Shown piece after piece: positions 20,466 through 30,509 of a stretch of DNA of 64,000 bases. Positions within the stretch are counted from its first letter, which is position 1. Each line of letters opens with the position of its first letter. This DNA comes from Planctomycetota bacterium (GTDB taxonomy: Bacteria; Planctomycetota; UBA1135; UBA2386): contig JBKAGP010000001.1 of assembly GCA_046290465.1 (NCBI GenBank), positions 5,376,001 to 5,440,000 of the forward strand, given 5' to 3'. Under the pieces are notes generated by a model, which saw nothing but the letters and a program-made list of their open reading frames with translations, did no database searches and was not told where the DNA came from. The translations under genes and the position numbers were made by a program.

Positions 20466-21946
20466 TTCGGGATCCTGTTGAGGGTGTAGTGGGCGGTGGT
20501 GTGCACCAGCGCGTCGCCGTCGGCGCTCTCGATCGCGCCGAACGTGAAGTCGTGCACGTGGCCTTCGACCAGCCCGTCGACGACCAAGTGCACGCTGCGG
20601 CCGTCGGCCGACGCGATGGCGCGGGTGACCTTCGGCGTGGTCTCGTCGACCTCGGGGCTGCCGTAGAACTTCTGGTAGTGGTGCGTGAAGCTGCGCAACG
20701 CGTAGTTGTCGACGTCCTGCAGCGTCTTCGGGTCGCACGGTTTGGTGAACGACACGTCGAAGCCGTCTTTGGCGGCCGTGATCTTCAGCACGTCGAACGG
20801 CGTCACGCCGGTCCACTCCAGGCGCTCGAGCACGTAGCTCTTGTTGCCGCGCACCGGCCAGCCGCGGTTGGTGCCGCCGGTGATCAGGTAGCCGCGATCG
20901 GAGAACTCGAGCGCCAGGATGCCGTTGCCGAGCCCTTCGCGGAACGGGTAGCACGCGCCCTGCCAGACGCCGTCGACCTCTTCGGTCGTGGCGCGCATCA
21001 CGATGCTCAGGCTGTAGTCGCCGACGAACAGCTGGTCCTGGAACGGGCCGAAGCGGCCCTCGGTGCGGTCGGGTCGGAACGCGGTGATCGACTGGCCCAT
21101 GCGGCGATACGGGAACACCACCGCATACGGCACCAGCTCGTCGATGCGCTGGCTCTCGGCGTGCAGCCGTGAGCGGTTCTCCGGCTCCTTCGGCCTGGCA
21201 CCGAGCTGCTTGCCGAGCGGCAGGTCGTAGCCCGGGAAGCAGATCGGGTGGCCCATGAAGCCGCCTGGCTTCAGGTGCTTGAGCGAGCACGAGCCGTTCC
21301 ACGGGCCCTGGCTCTCGACGTAGAACATCACGCCGTGCTCGTTCGGCGCGACGCCGCCGGCGCTGCGGATGCCGGTGGCGATCGGGATGCTCTTGCCCTC
21401 GGGCGTGATCTGGAACGCGAAGCCGCGGTAGTCGGCCTTGTAGTGGTAGGACGACGACAACCCGAGCACGACGTAGACGCTGCCGTCGGGCTGCACCGGC
21501 GAGCCCCACGCGAACTCGTGGTAGTGCTCGAAGCCCCAGACGTCGCTGAGGTTCTCGAAGCGGTCGGCGCGGCCGTCGCCGTCGCGGTCGGAGATGCGGG
21601 TGAGCTCGGTCTGCTGCGTCGCGTAGAACGCGCCGTCGCGGTAGCCGAGCCCGAGCACCTCGTCGAGTCCCGAAGCGAACGTCGTGATCTCCGGTCGGGG
21701 CAGCTCCTCGAACGCGCCGTCGACGATCAGGATCTCGCCGCGGCGCGTGCCGATCGCGAGCCGACCCTCGGGCAGGGCGACGAAGCTGCCGCACTCGAGC
21801 GACAGCTCGCGCGGGATCGGCAGCTCGACGATGCGGTAGTGCCGGGCCTCGGCGTTGGCGGTGCCCCAGGTGCCGCCGAGCTCCTGCGCGCCGGCGGCGG
21901 CCGCGAGCATCGCCGTGACCAACGAACTGCGGAACGCGTGCATCAC
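20462..21946 (-). CDS. Secreted beta-propeller protein (PVC 'large multifunctional secreted protein'/sorbosone dehydrogenase-like)
   Basis: Signal peptide; DRDGDGRAD, YHEFAWG, ATGIRSAGG, FGPFQDQLFVGD, WQGACYPF, GGTNRGW. Confidence 0.72.
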   Translation of the reverse strand: MMHAFRSSLVTAMLAAAAGAQELGGTWGTANAEARHYRIVELPIPRELSLECGSFVALPEGRLAIGTRRGEILIVDGAFEELPRPEITTFASGLDEVLGLGYRDGAFYATQQTELTRISDRDGDGRADRFENLSDVWGFEHYHEFAWGSPVQPDGSVYVVLGLSSSYHYKADYRGFAFQITPEGKSIPIATGIRSAGGVAPNEHGVMFYVESQGPWNGSCSLKHLKPGGFMGHPICFPGYDLPLGKQLGARPKEPENRSRLHAESQRIDELVPYAVVFPYRRMGQSITAFRPDRTEGRFGPFQDQLFVGDYSLSIVMRATTEEVDGVWQGACYPFREGLGNGILALEFSDRGYLITGGTNRGWPVRGNKSYVLERLEWTGVTPFDVLKITAAKDGFDVSFTKPCDPKTLQDVDNYALRSFTHHYQKFYGSPEVDETTPKVTRAIASADGRSVHLVVDGLVEGHVHDFTFGAIESADGDALVHTTAHYTLNRIPK

Positions 21947-24204
21947 TTGTCCTCCTGGCGGCGGTAGTCGACTTGCAGTTCGGTGCCTGCCGCGGTGGCG
22001 GTCACGGCGACGCGCACCTCGCGGTGCTTGCCGTCCTCGACCAGCAGCAGCGGCGACTGCGCGCAGCGCACCAGCAGGAAGCCGCCGACCAGCGCGGTGT
22101 GCTCGTCGACGAGCTTCAGGTTCTCGTCGCGGGCCAGGCGCAGTACCAGCTGGCCGTCGCCGACCAGCTGCATCGTGCGCTCGAGGACCGTGGCCTCGCC
22201 GTCGCGCCGTTCGCGCGGCGTGTCGGTGATCTGCACGTCACAGCAGGTGTAGCGGAACGACGGCCGCTGCTGCGCGTCGAGGTCGTAGCCGAGCCAGCGG
22301 TCGCCGCGCTCGCGGCGGGTCGTGGCCGGCCAGCTCGCCTGCGCGACGTTCGAGGGCGCGAACTGCGGCTGCAGCGGCAGCCGGGCGCGGCGCCGTTCGA
22401 GCACGTGCGCCTGGCCGCTGCCCTGGCTGGTCCACACCGGCCGCGCGTCGACGAAGCGGCCCCACCAGATCTGGTTGAGCACCAGCGTCTCGGCGTCGAA
22501 CGTCAGGTTGACGCCGCCCGGGTAGCCGACGCTGATGCCGCGCTTGCCGGTGTTCTGCACCGCGCGCCGCAGCATCACCGCTTCGTCGGCGACCGTCAGC
22601 TCGATCGGCGGCCGGCGCAGGCCGCTCGGCTTGCGCACGTTGCGACCCTTGGCGAGGTAGTGCCAGAGCCCGGCGAGCTGCGCGTCGACGTCGCCGTCGG
22701 CGAGCTCGGGGCGGGTCGACGTGCCGCCGGGGAAGAACTGCGGCATCAGCGTGCCCGGCTTGAACGCGAACGGGTCCTTCATGAAGTGCACGAACCACTC
22801 CGGCCGCAGCCGTTCGCCGGTCGAGTGCAGCAGGTCGATGCCGGCCATCGAGCCGCCCTGCTCGCCCGCGAACAGGTGGCACGCGATGCAGCCCATGCCC
22901 TTGTCGCCGGCCAGCTGCTGGCCGAGCTTGACGACCTCGTCGGCCTGCTTGCGGTCTGCGGGCAGCGGTGCGATCGCAACCGGTTCGAGCGTGTCGGTCG
23001 CGGCCAGGTCGTCGGCGAGCCGTTCGGCGAACGCGACGCCGAAGCCCGGCATGCGCGTCTTCAGGTACGGCCGTTCGTGCTGGCCGTGCGCGATCGTGTT
23101 GCCCAGCCACGCGCGCTGCAGCTTGGCGCCGACGCCGGTCAGCGGCGGCGGCACGCGGCCTTCGGGGCCGAGCGTCGGATCATGGCTGTCGAAGCGGTCG
23201 GCGTGCGCGTCGAGCAGGTCGATCTCGCCGCGCACGTGGCAGGCGATGCAGTTGCGCGAGGCGAGCTGCTGGCGGATGCGCGCCTCGCCCGCCAGCGGGT
23301 TGCCCTGCAGCGCGAGCGCCAGGTCCTGGCGCTGCCGTTGGTCGAGCGCGTAGTAGGGCCACGCACCGACCGTGCCCGACAGGCAGCCAGCGCTGGCGTC
23401 CAGTTCGGCGAGCGGTCGGGCCTGCTTGCTGGCAGGACGCGCCGCGTCCTCGAGCTGGTGGCAGTTGCCGCAGCCCAGCTCGGCGAAGTGGGCGCGGCCG
23501 GCTTCGACCGCGGCCGCCGTCGACGGCTGGGCCGGCACCGACGAGGCCGGGTCGCGCAGCAGGTGGTTGGCGAGCGCGTTGGCCTCGGTCGGCGACAGCT
23601 CGAACTCCGGCATGCGCGCCGCCGGCCGCGCCCGGTGCGGCGCCAGCAGGAACGCCTGCAGCGAGGCGATCGTGTACTTGTCGCGCAGGTTGTGCATGCC
23701 CGCCGGGTTCTGGTCGTGGCAGGCGCGGCAGCCGAGCGTGTCCCAGAGCTGCTGGCCCGGCGCGACCGCGGCGGCGTCGGCCGGCACGTCGTCGAGCACG
23801 GCGGTCGCGAACGACTGCAGGTAGCTGGCCAGGGAGTCGGCGGTGTCGCGCGCCGTGCTGCCGTCGACGGCGCGCAGCAGGTCGGGCATCGCGGTGCCCG
23901 GCTCGACGTGCAGCGGCGAGGCGAGGTAGTGGCGCAGGTAGTCGCCGCGCACGCGCGCGCCGACCGTCTGCAGGTCGGGCGCGGGCCGCGCTTCGGCGAG
24001 CCCGTCCGGATCGGCGTGGCAGTTGGTGCAGCCGAGTTCGCCGAGCAGCACGCGGCCGCGAACGATCGGTTCGAACTCGGCTTCGGCGAGGCCGGCGACG
24101 ACCGGGGCGTGGTCGGGGCGTTCGACGGGCGACCCGCAGCTCGTCGTGGGCAGGACGAGCGCGAGCCACGCGGCGCCGTGGCGGGCGATGGACGGACGCG
24201 GCAT
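21943..24204 (-). CDS. Pentaheme c-type cytochrome
   Basis: Five CxxCH motifs (CTNCH, CRACH, CGNCH, CIACH, CIACH) with downstream MP distal-ligand motifs; TATGCT 7 nt upstream of the ATG. Confidence 0.85.
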   Translation of the reverse strand: MPRPSIARHGAAWLALVLPTTSCGSPVERPDHAPVVAGLAEAEFEPIVRGRVLLGELGCTNCHADPDGLAEARPAPDLQTVGARVRGDYLRHYLASPLHVEPGTAMPDLLRAVDGSTARDTADSLASYLQSFATAVLDDVPADAAAVAPGQQLWDTLGCRACHDQNPAGMHNLRDKYTIASLQAFLLAPHRARPAARMPEFELSPTEANALANHLLRDPASSVPAQPSTAAAVEAGRAHFAELGCGNCHQLEDAARPASKQARPLAELDASAGCLSGTVGAWPYYALDQRQRQDLALALQGNPLAGEARIRQQLASRNCIACHVRGEIDLLDAHADRFDSHDPTLGPEGRVPPPLTGVGAKLQRAWLGNTIAHGQHERPYLKTRMPGFGVAFAERLADDLAATDTLEPVAIAPLPADRKQADEVVKLGQQLAGDKGMGCIACHLFAGEQGGSMAGIDLLHSTGERLRPEWFVHFMKDPFAFKPGTLMPQFFPGGTSTRPELADGDVDAQLAGLWHYLAKGRNVRKPSGLRRPPIELTVADEAVMLRRAVQNTGKRGISVGYPGGVNLTFDAETLVLNQIWWGRFVDARPVWTSQGSGQAHVLERRRARLPLQPQFAPSNVAQASWPATTRRERGDRWLGYDLDAQQRPSFRYTCCDVQITDTPRERRDGEATVLERTMQLVGDGQLVLRLARDENLKLVDEHTALVGGFLLVRCAQSPLLLVEDGKHREVRVAVTATAAGTELQVDYRRQEDK

Positions 24205-24253
24205 GCCGCGGAGCATACGTCCCGCGCGCGCGGACCGTAGGATCTCGGCCACC

Positions 24254-25210
24254 ATGCGACCGTTGTTTTCGCCGCGTCTGCTGCTGTTGCTGTCCGTTCT
24301 GCCGTTCGCCGCATGCGCTGCGGGGCCAGCGAGGCCGGCGCTCGACGGTCCGATCGCGATCTCGACGTGGCCGTTCGGCCGGTTCGCCAACGACGAGGCG
24401 ATCGCGGCGTTCGCCAGCGGCAGGTCGCGCATCGACGCGATCGAGCTCGGCATCCGCGAGATCGAACGGCGCAGCTCGGATGGTTCGGTCGGCATCGAGG
24501 GGCGGCCCAACGCGGCCGGCTACCCGCAGCTCGACGCCTGCATCATGGACGGCCCCGGTCATCGCGCGGGCAGCGTCGCGGGCATGGAGGGCATCGTCTA
24601 CCCGATCAGCGTGGCGCGCCTGGTGATGGAGAAGTGTCGCCACGTGATGCTCGTCGGCGAGGGGGCGCGCTGGTTCGCGCTCGAGCACGGCGTCGAGTCG
24701 ATCGACGTGTCCGGCTACGACGAGCAGAAGGCCGCGTGGCAGGCGGGCCACCGCCCGCAGGATCCCGACACGCGCGGCCACGACACCATCGCGCTGCTGG
24801 TTCGCGACGCCGACGGCCACCTGGCGGGAGGCTGTTCGACCAGCGGGGCTGGCGGCAAGCTGCCGGGACGCGTCGGCGATTCGCCGATCCTCGGCGCCGG
24901 CCTCTACGTCGACGACCAGGTCGGCGCCGCCGGCGCGACTGGCCTCGGCGAGAACATCATGCGCCACTGCGGGGCGTTCCTGGTGGTGGAGCTGATGCGG
25001 CAGGGGCTGTCGCCGCAGCGCGCCTGCGAGGAGGCGATCCACCGGATGGCGGCGATCGATCCGCGCGGCTACGAGCTGAGCGCGTGCTTCGTCGCGCTCG
25101 ACAAGCAGGGCCGCTACGGCGCGGCGTCGTCGAGCCAGCGGTTTCCGTTCTGCGTCGCGACCGAGCGCGGCAGCGAGGTGTTGCGGGTCGAGAAGGTCAC
25201 GCCGCGTTGA
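24254..25210 (+). CDS. N(4)-(beta-N-acetylglucosaminyl)-L-asparaginase (Ntn hydrolase)
   Basis: ISTW, LDACIMDG, HVMLVGEGA, HDT autocleavage site, STSG, GRVGDSPILGAG, ATGLGE. Confidence 0.9.
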   Translation: MRPLFSPRLLLLLSVLPFAACAAGPARPALDGPIAISTWPFGRFANDEAIAAFASGRSRIDAIELGIREIERRSSDGSVGIEGRPNAAGYPQLDACIMDGPGHRAGSVAGMEGIVYPISVARLVMEKCRHVMLVGEGARWFALEHGVESIDVSGYDEQKAAWQAGHRPQDPDTRGHDTIALLVRDADGHLAGGCSTSGAGGKLPGRVGDSPILGAGLYVDDQVGAAGATGLGENIMRHCGAFLVVELMRQGLSPQRACEEAIHRMAAIDPRGYELSACFVALDKQGRYGAASSSQRFPFCVATERGSEVLRVEKVTPR

Positions 25211-25271
25211 TCGACGGCCCGCGCGCACGTGGGATGGTGACGCGGTCGCGCCCGTGCGGCAGACTGCATGC

Positions 25272-26582
25272 ATGCGCATCCCGGCCTCGTCCGTCGTCCT
25301 CGCCTCGTGGGTCGCGTGCCTCGGCTCGTCGGCCGTGGCCCAGCAGCCGGTCGAGACCTACCTCGACGACCAGAAGCAGCACCTCGAAGCGCTCTACCGC
25401 CACCTGCACCAGCACCCGGAGCTGTCGTTCCGCGAGGTGAAGACCGCGGCGCGCATGGCCGAGGAGCTGCGCGCGCTCGGCATCGAGGTGACCGAGAAAG
25501 TCGGCGGCACCGGCGTCGTCGGGGTGCTGCGCTGCGGCGACGGGCCGGTCGCGCTGCTGCGCGCCGACATGGACGCGCTGCCGGTCGCCGAGGAGACCGG
25601 GCTGCCGTATGCGTCGAAGATCCGCGCCGACAGCGCCGACGGCCGCGCGATCGGGGTGATGCACGCGTGCGGTCACGACCTGCACATGACCTGCCTGATC
25701 GGGGCGGCTGGCTACTTCGCCAGGCACCGGGACGCGTTCGACGGCACCATCGTGTTCCAGCTGCAGCCCGCCGAAGAACGTTCGGGCGGCATGAACCGGA
25801 TGATCGACGACGGGCTGCTGACGCGCTTCCCGCGCGCCGACTTCGCGATCGCGCTGCACACGACGCACGACCTGCCGGTCGGCAAGGTCGGCCTGCGCGC
25901 CGGCCCGGCGATGGCCAACGTCGACAGCTGCGACATCACGCTCTACGGCAAGGCCGGCCACGGTGCCGCGCCGCACCTGACCATCGATCCGATCGTGCAG
26001 GCGGCCAAGCTGGTGCTCGACCTGCAGACGATCGTGTCGCGCGAGGTCGACCCGGTCGACGCGTGCGTGATCACCGTCGGTTCGATCCACGGCGGCCAGA
26101 AGCACAACATCATCCCGTCGTCGTGCCTCCTGCAGCTGACGATCCGCAGCTACACCGACGAAGTGCGCGAGCAGATGCTGGCGGCGATCCGGCGCAAGGC
26201 GGCGGCGGCCGCGGCGTCGTGCGGCGCCAAGGCCCCGAAGGTCGAGTTCAGCGAGAGCACGCCGGCGCTGCGCAACCACGCCGAACTGACCGCCAAGGTG
26301 CGCGCCGGCATCGCCTCGGTGCTCGGCGCCGAGCAGGTCGTCGAGGTCGCGCCGGCGATGGTCGCCGAGGACTTCGGGCGGCTGCGCGGCCAGGGGGTGC
26401 CGCTGTGCATGTTCCGGCTCGGCACGATCGCGCCGGAACGGCTCGCGGCGATGCGACGGGCGGGCGACGTCCCGGGTCTGCACAGCGGCGGCTACTACCC
26501 CGACTACGCGTCGGCGCTGCGCGTCGGGGTGCGCGCGCTGGTGGCCGCGACGCAGCGCGCGGGGCGGGCGAACGACAAGTAG
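25272..26582 (+). CDS. M20D family amidohydrolase with signal peptide
   Basis: LHQHPELSFRE, RADMDALP, MHACGHD, QPAEE, GHGAAPH, AEDF. Confidence 0.92.
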   Translation: MRIPASSVVLASWVACLGSSAVAQQPVETYLDDQKQHLEALYRHLHQHPELSFREVKTAARMAEELRALGIEVTEKVGGTGVVGVLRCGDGPVALLRADMDALPVAEETGLPYASKIRADSADGRAIGVMHACGHDLHMTCLIGAAGYFARHRDAFDGTIVFQLQPAEERSGGMNRMIDDGLLTRFPRADFAIALHTTHDLPVGKVGLRAGPAMANVDSCDITLYGKAGHGAAPHLTIDPIVQAAKLVLDLQTIVSREVDPVDACVITVGSIHGGQKHNIIPSSCLLQLTIRSYTDEVREQMLAAIRRKAAAAAASCGAKAPKVEFSESTPALRNHAELTAKVRAGIASVLGAEQVVEVAPAMVAEDFGRLRGQGVPLCMFRLGTIAPERLAAMRRAGDVPGLHSGGYYPDYASALRVGVRALVAATQRAGRANDK

Positions 26583-26634
26583 GGCCGGCCGACGGCGGGC
26601 CCGCGCACGGCGGTGGTCGCTCGATCGCTGCGCA

Positions 26635-26820
26635 TCATTCGGCGGGATCGCCCGCACAGGTGCCGTTGCAGACTGCGCCGCAGTGCGCACACAGCGCCGC
26701 GAGCGCGGCACGGCCGCAGTGGGGGCAGCGGTCGTCGGCCGGCCGTTTCTCCGGCACCGAGCCACAGTTTCGGCAGATCAGGGCCTCGCCGCCTCGCGGC
26801 GCGTCTGGTTGGGGTTCCAT
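26635..26820 (-). CDS. Small Cys-rich zinc-ribbon-like protein (61 aa)
   Basis: MEPQPD...CRNCG...CPHCG...CAHCG-VCNGTC; fills an otherwise intergenic gap; GAGG-like SD upstream. Confidence 0.55.
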   Translation of the reverse strand: MEPQPDAPRGGEALICRNCGSVPEKRPADDRCPHCGRAALAALCAHCGAVCNGTCAGDPAE

Positions 26821-26901
26821 CCGCCTCGGCCGGCGCCGGTGGCTGCGCGGACCCGCCACTTTTTCTCGCCACGGACGACGCAGACGCTAGGGTTTCGCCC
26901 C

Positions 26902-27657
26902 GTGAACCTCGTCCAGCGCAAGCTCTTGATGGGTGGGCTGGTGGCTGCGTTCGCGGTGCAGACCGCCCTCGTCTACACCGATGATACGGCTTCTTCGTTC
27001 GAGACCCTGAGCGAGGAGGCGCTGCGCGGCCGCCGCCTCTGGCACGAATACAACTGCCAGACCTGTCACCAGATCCACGGGTTCGGGGGCTTCCTCGGCC
27101 CCGACCTGACCAACGCCGCCCGCCGTCTGACCGACGAGCGCCTCACCGAGGTGCTGACCGTCGGCACAGCGCAGATGCCGGCGTTCCACTTCGACGAGGA
27201 CCAGGTCTACCAGCTCGCGACGTTCCTCGACGAGCTGAGCGTGATGGGGGTCGGCGTGCCGCGTGCGGTGCAGCCGGTCGACCTCGGCGTGGTGCTGGCC
27301 GCGATCGATTCGCGGCTGGCGGAGGCCAGCCCGGGCGAGGCCGTCGCGCGCGGTGCCGGCGCGTTCAAGATGAACTGCATCTCGTGCCACGTGCCGCTGC
27401 AGGCGACGCCGCTCGGCCTGCAGACGGCGCCTGACCTGTCGACCGCGCTGCGGCGCATCGACGAGGCCGCGGTGCGCGACACGATCACCAACGGCCGCCC
27501 CGAGCGCGGCATGCAGGCGTGGCAGCACCTCGGCGAACAGCCGATCGCGGACCTGACCGCGTTCGTGAAGTGGCTGAACGACGACCGTGACGCGATCGCG
27601 GCGCAGGCCGGCGGCGCGGGCGTGGCCCAGCCGATTCCGTGGTGGGAGTACCGATGA
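26902..27657 (+). CDS. NorC-like membrane-anchored diheme cytochrome c
   Basis: N-terminal TM; GRRLWHEYNCQTCHQIHGFGGFLGPDL...QMP resembles NorC; second heme CISCH...GM; stop overlaps next start (ATGA). Confidence 0.8.
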   Translation: MNLVQRKLLMGGLVAAFAVQTALVYTDDTASSFETLSEEALRGRRLWHEYNCQTCHQIHGFGGFLGPDLTNAARRLTDERLTEVLTVGTAQMPAFHFDEDQVYQLATFLDELSVMGVGVPRAVQPVDLGVVLAAIDSRLAEASPGEAVARGAGAFKMNCISCHVPLQATPLGLQTAPDLSTALRRIDEAAVRDTITNGRPERGMQAWQHLGEQPIADLTAFVKWLNDDRDAIAAQAGGAGVAQPIPWWEYR

Positions 27658-29015
27658 CCGACGATTTCACCGACGCGATGCTGCAGAAGACCAGCGGCGT
27701 GCAGGTTCGCATGGCGCTGATCTGCGTGCTGGTGACCGTCTTCGGCGGCGCGTTCAGCGCGCTCTACTACATCCCTTCGGTCGCGACCGCGCTCAACGAG
27801 ATGGGCGTGCAGATGACCTCGATGCGTCCGATCCACACCGCGTTCGCGTCGATGTGGATCTTCGGCGCGAGCGTCGCGGTCGCCTACCACTGGATGGCGA
27901 CCAGCCACGACGGCCTCGACCGCGGCGACCTGCTGCGCTTCCGCATCCACACGGTCTGCTGGATCGTCGCCGGTGTCGGCATCTTCGCGACGCTGCTGTC
28001 CGGCATCAGCACGGGTCGCGAGTACCTCGGCTTCCACCCGGCGTTCAGCGCGATCCTGCTGTTCGGCTGGCTGTGCTTCGCCGTCAGCCTGCTCAAGCGC
28101 TTGCGTCACGGCTTCTGGGGCCAGCCGATCTACATCTGGTTCTGGACCGTCGGCACGCTGTACTTCGTCTACACGTTCGTCGAAGGCCACGCCTACCTGC
28201 TGCCCGGCGTGTTCGAGAGCCCGATCCGCGACCTGCAGGTGCAGTGGAAGTCGTGCGGCACGCTGGTCGGCTCGTTCAACTTCCTGATGTACGGCTCGCT
28301 GACCTACGTCGGCGAGAAGATGTCGGGCGACAAGACCTACGCGCAGTCGCCGGTGGCGTTCTGGCTGTTCGGCGTCGGCTGCCTCAACAGCTTCACCAAC
28401 TACGTGCACCACACCTACCACCTGCCGCAGACCGAGGTGGTCAAGTGGGTGGCGTTCATCGTGTCGATGATGGAGATCATCATCCTCATCAAGCTGATGA
28501 TGGACCTCGGCAGGATGTTGCGCGGCAGCAAGGTGCAGTTGCCGTTCTGCGGCCGCGGCGGCTGGTTGACGCAGGCCAAGTACTGGACCGTCGCGATGTT
28601 GACGACGTCGATCATCATCTCGGTGCCGACGTTCAACACGCTGATCCACGGCACCCAGCTGGTCATGGGCCACGCGATGGGCGCGACCGTCGGCATCGAC
28701 ACGCTGGTGCTGCTCGGCACCTCGTCGTGGCTGGTCTACGAACTGCGCGGCGAGGCGATCCAGGCCCGCATGAACGCGCCGATCACCCGCTTCGCGATCC
28801 TGCTGATCAGCGTGTCGCTGGCGGTGCTGGTGATCTGGCTGAGCGTCGCCGGCTTCGCGCACGGATCGAGCCGCTACTATGGCGAGCCGACGCCGGAGTG
28901 GGTCGGCACCAGCCGGCTGCTGCTGCCGGTCGTCGGCTCGGCGCTCGGCGTGGGTCTGGTGATCGCGACGTGGCGATTGCTGTCGATGATGCGCAGCCGC
29001 GCGGCGGCGGCGTGA
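27654..29015 (+). CDS. Heme-copper oxidase superfamily subunit I, NorB-like, with non-canonical active site
   Basis: About 12 hydrophobic helices; RPIHT (helix II), GREYL, VHH (helix VII), SMME, HGTQLVMGHAMG (NorB has HGTQLTAAHGH). Confidence 0.8.
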   Translation: MTDDFTDAMLQKTSGVQVRMALICVLVTVFGGAFSALYYIPSVATALNEMGVQMTSMRPIHTAFASMWIFGASVAVAYHWMATSHDGLDRGDLLRFRIHTVCWIVAGVGIFATLLSGISTGREYLGFHPAFSAILLFGWLCFAVSLLKRLRHGFWGQPIYIWFWTVGTLYFVYTFVEGHAYLLPGVFESPIRDLQVQWKSCGTLVGSFNFLMYGSLTYVGEKMSGDKTYAQSPVAFWLFGVGCLNSFTNYVHHTYHLPQTEVVKWVAFIVSMMEIIILIKLMMDLGRMLRGSKVQLPFCGRGGWLTQAKYWTVAMLTTSIIISVPTFNTLIHGTQLVMGHAMGATVGIDTLVLLGTSSWLVYELRGEAIQARMNAPITRFAILLISVSLAVLVIWLSVAGFAHGSSRYYGEPTPEWVGTSRLLLPVVGSALGVGLVIATWRLLSMMRSRAAAA

Positions 29016-30106
29016 TCTACGCCAACGCTGCCGGCACCAGCTGGCCGAAGCCGCCGGGCGTCGTCTCGGCGGCCGAGCGGGCGATGCTCGCCGAGCCTGC
29101 CGCCAACGCCGAGCTGTATCGCGACGGCCACGCGGCGGTGCGCCGGTTCTTCGGCATCCCGGAGGCCTCGGCAGGACGGCTGCTGCTGGCGCCGTCGTGC
29201 ACGTCGGCGCTGGCGGTCGCGCTGGCCGACCTGGTCTGGAACGAGGGCGACGTCGTGCTGACGTCGTCGCTCGAGCACCACGCGCTGGCCCGGCCGGTGC
29301 AGAAGCTGGTCTGGGAGCGCGGCGTCGTGCACGAGCAGGTGCCGTATCGCGTCGATGCGCCGCTCGACCTCGCGTGGGTCGAGCAGCGGTTGCGCGCGGG
29401 CGCAGTCCGGATGATCGCCGTGACCGGAGCGAGCAACGTCACCGGCGAACTGCTGCCGGTCGCCGAACTCGCGGCGCTGGCCAGGGCGCACGGCGCGCTG
29501 CTGTTGCTGGACGCAGCACAGGTGGCCGGCGTGGTGCCGGTCGACGTCGCGGCGCTCGGCGTCGACCTGCTGGTGTTCGCCGGGCACAAGGCGATGCTGG
29601 GACCGCTCGGGATCGGCGGGCTGTGGGCTGCGGAGCACGTGCGCTTCACCTGCCCGACGGCGACCTGCGAGATCGGCGGCGATCCTGCCGTCGGCGTGCG
29701 CGCGCCGTTCCCCGGCTTCTGCGACCTGGGCTCGGTCAACTTCCCGGCGCTCGCGGGGCTGACCGCGGCGCTGCGCTGGCACCGACAATGCGACGACGAG
29801 CAGCGCGAACGGCCGCGTCGACTCGCACGCCACCTGCTCGACGCGTGCCGCGAACGCGAGGGCTGCCACGTGCTCGGCGGCGACGGCCCGCGCACGGCGA
29901 CGGTGTCGCTGCTGCTCGACCGGGTGCCGCTCGACCAGGCGCAGCAGCACTTCCGCGAGCACGGCGTGGTGGTGCGCGCCGGCACGCACTGTGCACCGAT
30001 GGCGCTCGCGGCGCTCGGCCGGCCCGACGGCTGCATCCGGGTCAGCTTCGGGCCACACAACGTCGACGAGCACGTCGACGCGGTGCTGGCGGCGATCGAC
30101 GCCTGA
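29012..30106 (+). CDS. Class V aminotransferase, cysteine desulfurase-like
   Basis: [33 protein letters not shown] (PLP Lys), VRAGTHCAP (catalytic Cys), RVSFG; GTGA overlap with the norB-like stop. Confidence 0.85.
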   Translation: MIYANAAGTSWPKPPGVVSAAERAMLAEPAANAELYRDGHAAVRRFFGIPEASAGRLLLAPSCTSALAVALADLVWNEGDVVLTSSLEHHALARPVQKLVWERGVVHEQVPYRVDAPLDLAWVEQRLRAGAVRMIAVTGASNVTGELLPVAELAALARAHGALLLLDAAQVAGVVPVDVAALGVDLLVFAGHKAMLGPLGIGGLWAAEHVRFTCPTATCEIGGDPAVGVRAPFPGFCDLGSVNFPALAGLTAALRWHRQCDDEQRERPRRLARHLLDACREREGCHVLGGDGPRTATVSLLLDRVPLDQAQQHFREHGVVVRAGTHCAPMALAALGRPDGCIRVSFGPHNVDEHVDAVLAAIDA

Positions 30107-30170
30107 TGCTGCCGCGGGGCGACGGCGCGGCTGCGTGGAGACGGCGTTGCCGCGCGGCTACGTTCGCGGC

Positions 30171-30509
30171 ATGGAGACCATCGACTGGAGCGACTTCGAG
30201 CGCGTGCAGATCCGGGTCGGCACGATCCTCGAGGTGCTGCCGTTCCCGGAGGCGCGCAAGCCTGCCTACCGGCTGCGCATCGACTTCGGTCCGGAGATCG
30301 GCGAGCGCAAGTCGAGCGCCCAGATCACGGACCTCTACCAGCCGGACGACCTGGTTGGGCGCCAGGTGCAGGCGGTCGTCAACTTCCCGCCGAAGCAGAT
30401 CGGTCCGATGCGTTCGGAGTGCCTGGTGACCGGCTATGCGCACGAGGACGGCGCGATCGTGCTCGCCGGACCGGAGCGGCCGGTGCCCAACGGGGCGCGC
30501 CTGGTCTGA
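30171..30509 (+). CDS. csaA: tRNA-binding protein / chaperone CsaA
   Basis: [43 protein letters not shown]. Confidence 0.9.
   Translation: METIDWSDFERVQIRVGTILEVLPFPEARKPAYRLRIDFGPEIGERKSSAQITDLYQPDDLVGRQVQAVVNFPPKQIGPMRSECLVTGYAHEDGAIVLAGPERPVPNGARLV

Noticed and set aside
27654..29015. Annotation as canonical norB or ccoN
   Set aside because: The helix VI His/Glu and the second helix X His are missing, so a standard gene symbol would overstate function.
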